A stretch of DNA of 64,000 nucleotides from an uncultured Bacteroidales bacterium (GTDB lineage Bacteria; Bacteroidota; Bacteroidia; Bacteroidales; Muribaculaceae), in the NCBI GenBank assembly GCA_902777835.1, contig CACYVC010000001.1, positions 31,736-95,735 of the forward strand, read 5' to 3'. Shown here one piece after another: positions 60,930 through 64,000 of the stretch; the stretch's first letter is position 1, and each line of letters begins with the position of its first letter. Made by a program: the position numbers and the translations under genes. Below the pieces are notes generated by a model, which saw only the letters and a list, made by a program, of their open reading frames with translations, was not told the DNA's origin and did not search any database.

Positions 60930-63900
60930 TAGCGCTTGCCTTCTTGGCTTGTGCCTTGCGCAACTTCTTGCGGTTGCGCTTAATGCCATTGTAAGCAAAG
61001 ATGGTGTACATAGTGGGCACGAAGAGCAGAGTCAGGATTGTAGAGAAGGTGAGACCGCCAATCACGGCAACACCCATTGGTCTCCACATCTCGGCGCCTT
61101 CGCCAGTTCCAACTGCCATTGGCACCATACCAAGGATTGTTGTTAGTGAAGTCATGAGCACAGGACGCAGACGCGATTTGCCACCGTCGATAACTGCTCG
61201 CCTCACACTCATGCCACGCTCGCGGTTGAGGGTGATGTAGTCGATGAGCACGATACCGTTCTTCACCACAATACCGATAAGCATGATGGCTCCAATCATC
61301 GACATGATATTAAGGTTGGTGCCTGTCAAGAGCAGGATGAGTACAATACCCGAGAATGCAAACATGATAGAGCTCATGATGATGCCTGGATAGGTAAACG
61401 ACTCAAACTGCGCCGCCATAACGATGTAAACCAAGATGATGATGAGGATAGCCAAAACTCCCATATCGCCAAATGATTCCTGCTGTTGCTCATAGGAACC
61501 ACTAAGCTCAATGATAACGCCTGGTGGTAGGTCGAGCTTGTCGATTTCGGGTTGAGCGTCGGCAATCACCTCACTCATAGGCCGGTCTTGAACAACAGTA
61601 GATACGGTAATGACACGCTCACGGTCTTTACGTTCAATGGTTGGAGGGGTGAAACGTTCTACCACTTTACCCACCTCCTTGAGTTTGATGCCGTTACCCA
61701 TGGCATTGTAGAGGGTAATGTTCTCAATGTCCTCGAGCGACTGGCGGTGTTCTGGGTCATACATCACCTTGATGTCGTACTCGTCACCGTCCTCACGGAA
61801 GTAACTAGCCGTGTTGCCATTGATACGGTTGCGTATGTAGGTTGCGGCTGTTGAGAGGTTCAGGCCATATAGCGCCAGTTTCTCACGGTCGAAATCCACT
61901 TGGTATTCAGGTTGATAGTCGCTTCGGCTGATGTTGATGTCGGCAGCGCCCTTAACATTTGCTAATAAGCGCTTGAGTTGCTGGGCCACGCTATCGGTCT
62001 TCTCGAAGTCGAAGCCATAGATTTCATAATCGAGAGTTGACTGTCCGCTCATGCCACCACCTCGTTGGCCACCCACATTGACGAGGGCTTTCTTGAGTTC
62101 AGGATAATGCTTGAGGTCTTCACGCATGAGTCCTGCTATCTCGGTGATGCTGCGGTCGCGCTCGCTAGGGTTAACCAGCCTGATGTTCATCGACATGATG
62201 TGTGAGCCATTGCTTTGCATCGATCCCCATGTGTTGTCGCTGCTGGCCTGTCCCACTGTGTAGTTAAATACCTTTATCTCGGGGTATTTCTCGGTCCATT
62301 CCTTGTGAATGCGCTCACACACGTCTTTAGCAACTTCTACACGTGTTCCTATAGGCAGCTCAAGGTTAACACCAAGACGGCTGTTGTCCATAGTTGGGAA
62401 GAACTCGCTACCCACAAATTTCATCAGGAACATTGATGCCACAAACACGCCTAGCACCACAAGCGAAGTGATCCAGCGATGTCGCACACAATGGGTTAGC
62501 AGCCAAGCAAAACCGTCATCGAGTTTGTCAAGTACTTTCTCGATGGGTCCGTAGAATTTAGTGAAGAACTTGCTTTGAGTGCGTTGCAGTCGCAGCATGC
62601 GGCTACACAACATTGGAGTGAGCGACAGCGCTGCGGTGGTAGAGATAATCATCATAATGGTTACCATCCATCCCAACTGACGGAAGAACACACCAGTCAT
62701 ACCAGTGATAAGTGTCAATGGGAAGAACACAGCGATAAGCGTCAAGGTAGATGCTATTACCGAGATTGCCACCTCGTTAGTGCCATGCACCGCCGCCTGC
62801 TTCGGCTCGGCTCCTCGCTCAATGTGTGTCGTGACGTTTTCAAGAACCACAATGGCATCATCGACCACCATACCGATAGAAATTGACAATGCCGATAGCG
62901 ACACGATGTTCAGTGAGTTGCCAGTAGCATAAAGGTAGATGAACGAGGCGATAAGCGAGATTGGAATAGTGAGCACAATGATTACTGTAGCTCTCCATCG
63001 TCCGAGGAAGAAGAATACCACAATTACCACAAACAGCAAAGCATAAAGAACCGTCTCAACAAGAGATGAGATGGTGTTGCGGATGTTGTCGCTGGTATCT
63101 ACGATGTAGTCGAGCTTGATGTCGGCTGGTAGATTCTTCTGGATGTGTGGCAACTGTTTCTGGATCTTGTTAGAAATATCTACTGAGTTGGCTCCACTCT
63201 GCTTCTGAACGATAATCATGGCACCACGCACACCATTGGTGAATGTCTCCTGAGCGCGTTCTTCGAGTGAGTCGTCGATGCGTGCCACATCGCTAAGATG
63301 GATGGCAGCACCATTAGATGCACCTACAACTAAGTTCGCAATCTCTTTAGGATCGTTAAACTCTCCTTCTACACGCAGTGCATAGGTTTCGCTACCGATG
63401 TCAAATGTGCCACCAGGAATGTTTCTGTTCTCAGCACCAATGAGTTGAGCGATTGTTTCAATAGAGAGGTGGTAGCCCTCAAGTTTAAGAGGATCAACAT
63501 AGACGTGAACCTCACGCTTTGGTGCACCGGCGATTGACACCGAGCCCACTCCATCAACACGCGCCAATGCGTTGGCGACATTTTCGTCAAGGATCTTGTA
63601 GAGACCTGGCACACTCTCGTGAGCTTGCGCCGAGAGCAGCACGATAGGAATCATGTCGCTTGAGAACTTGAAGAGGATGGGGGTGTTGGCATCGTCGGGA
63701 AGCATACTCGACACCATGTTTAGTTTATCTCGCACATCATTTGTGAGAACATCGATGTCATAACCATACTCAAACTCAAGAGTAACAATCGAGATATTCT
63801 CCTTAGAATTGGATGTTATGTGCTTGAGGTGCTCTACCGAGTTGAGTGTGTTCTCAAGAGGTCGAGTTACGTTTTGCTCTATATCTTCGGCACTTGCACC

Positions 63901-64000
63901 CGAATAACTGGTCATCACCATGATAGTGTTAGTATCAATGTCGGGCATCAAGTCAATAGGCAATTTCTGAAGTGAAAACAAACCCATGATAACAACCGCC
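60922..64000 (-). CDS. Efflux RND transporter permease subunit (AcrB/CzcA superfamily); N-terminal ~30 aa beyond the window end
   Basis: The frame stays open upstream of the first in-window ATG (63987): ...AVVIMGLFSLQKLPIDLMPDI, which is the end of TM1. It has a 12-TM architecture with two large periplasmic loops; typical segments are GMVVDDAIVVLENV and VLMTSLTTILGMVPMA. Confidence 0.92.
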   Translation of the reverse strand, partial: AVVIMGLFSLQKLPIDLMPDIDTNTIMVMTSYSGASAEDIEQNVTRPLENTLNSVEHLKHITSNSKENISIVTLEFEYGYDIDVLTNDVRDKLNMVSSMLPDDANTPILFKFSSDMIPIVLLSAQAHESVPGLYKILDENVANALARVDGVGSVSIAGAPKREVHVYVDPLKLEGYHLSIETIAQLIGAENRNIPGGTFDIGSETYALRVEGEFNDPKEIANLVVGASNGAAIHLSDVARIDDSLEERAQETFTNGVRGAMIIVQKQSGANSVDISNKIQKQLPHIQKNLPADIKLDYIVDTSDNIRNTISSLVETVLYALLFVVIVVFFFLGRWRATVIIVLTIPISLIASFIYLYATGNSLNIVSLSALSISIGMVVDDAIVVLENVTTHIERGAEPKQAAVHGTNEVAISVIASTLTLIAVFFPLTLITGMTGVFFRQLGWMVTIMMIISTTAALSLTPMLCSRMLRLQRTQSKFFTKFYGPIEKVLDKLDDGFAWLLTHCVRHRWITSLVVLGVFVASMFLMKFVGSEFFPTMDNSRLGVNLELPIGTRVEVAKDVCERIHKEWTEKYPEIKVFNYTVGQASSDNTWGSMQSNGSHIMSMNIRLVNPSERDRSITEIAGLMREDLKHYPELKKALVNVGGQRGGGMSGQSTLDYEIYGFDFEKTDSVAQQLKRLLANVKGAADINISRSDYQPEYQVDFDREKLALYGLNLSTAATYIRNRINGNTASYFREDGDEYDIKVMYDPEHRQSLEDIENITLYNAMGNGIKLKEVGKVVERFTPPTIERKDRERVITVSTVVQDRPMSEVIADAQPEIDKLDLPPGVIIELSGSYEQQQESFGDMGVLAILIIILVYIVMAAQFESFTYPGIIMSSIMFAFSGIVLILLLTGTNLNIMSMIGAIMLIGIVVKNGIVLIDYITLNRERGMSVRRAVIDGGKSRLRPVLMTSLTTILGMVPMAVGTGEGAEMWRPMGVAVIGGLTFSTILTLLFVPTMYTIFAYNGIKRNRKKLRKAQAKKASAKD

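Overview
The window looks like a chromosomal segment of a Bacteroidota genome, order Bacteroidales and probably Prevotellaceae-like. That assignment is inferred from three things: TAnnTTTG -7 promoter boxes upstream of most genes, A/T-rich leaders without Shine-Dalgarno sequences, and a T9SS C-terminal sorting domain together with Bacteroidota-specific families (DUF4494, DUF3127, DUF5686, PepSY-like/DUF2874, PG0541-type P-II-like protein).

Most of the window is housekeeping: coaBC, a DnaQ-like exonuclease, dnaN, tRNA-Ser(UGA), rlmD, tkt, yggS, yigZ, an acyl-ACP thioesterase, an LptF/G permease, hflX, an OmpH/Skp-like protein, pepD, ftsH, rsfS and clpB. It also holds a truncated GH2 beta-galactosidase and a truncated RND permease at the two window edges. 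A glycogen/alpha-glucan cluster is present (GH31, then a divergent debranching enzyme, glycosyltransferase, GH57 and YqiA-like esterase). Envelope genes include two OmpA-family paralogs, two tandem small beta-barrel porins and three tandem PepSY-like lipoproteins. Transporters include MATE, MFS and RND plus the PG0541-like protein.

I found no integrase, transposase, CRISPR array, rRNA gene or recognisable defence gene cluster. I cannot support a claim of a new multi-gene system here.

The features worth a second look are:
1. Five intergenic tracts are built from phase-locked degenerate 7-nt words. Some fill an entire spacer exactly.
2. Three secreted proteins end in a canonical duplicated DxNxDG dockerin-type module: an LRR protein, an Amidase_3 multidomain protein and a CBM-like repeat protein. 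A fourth protein shares an 86-aa module with one of them but ends in a T9SS CTD instead.
3. A perfect TGGCAC-N5-TTGCA (sigma-54 type) element with an upstream 14-bp-arm palindrome sits in front of clpB.
4. The GH57 enzyme carries a histone-H1-like KKAPAKK tail.
5. A 56-aa membrane ORF with its own promoter box is missing from the ORF track.

All family assignments rest on motif recognition by eye. No BLAST or HMM search was run, and start codons are provisional.
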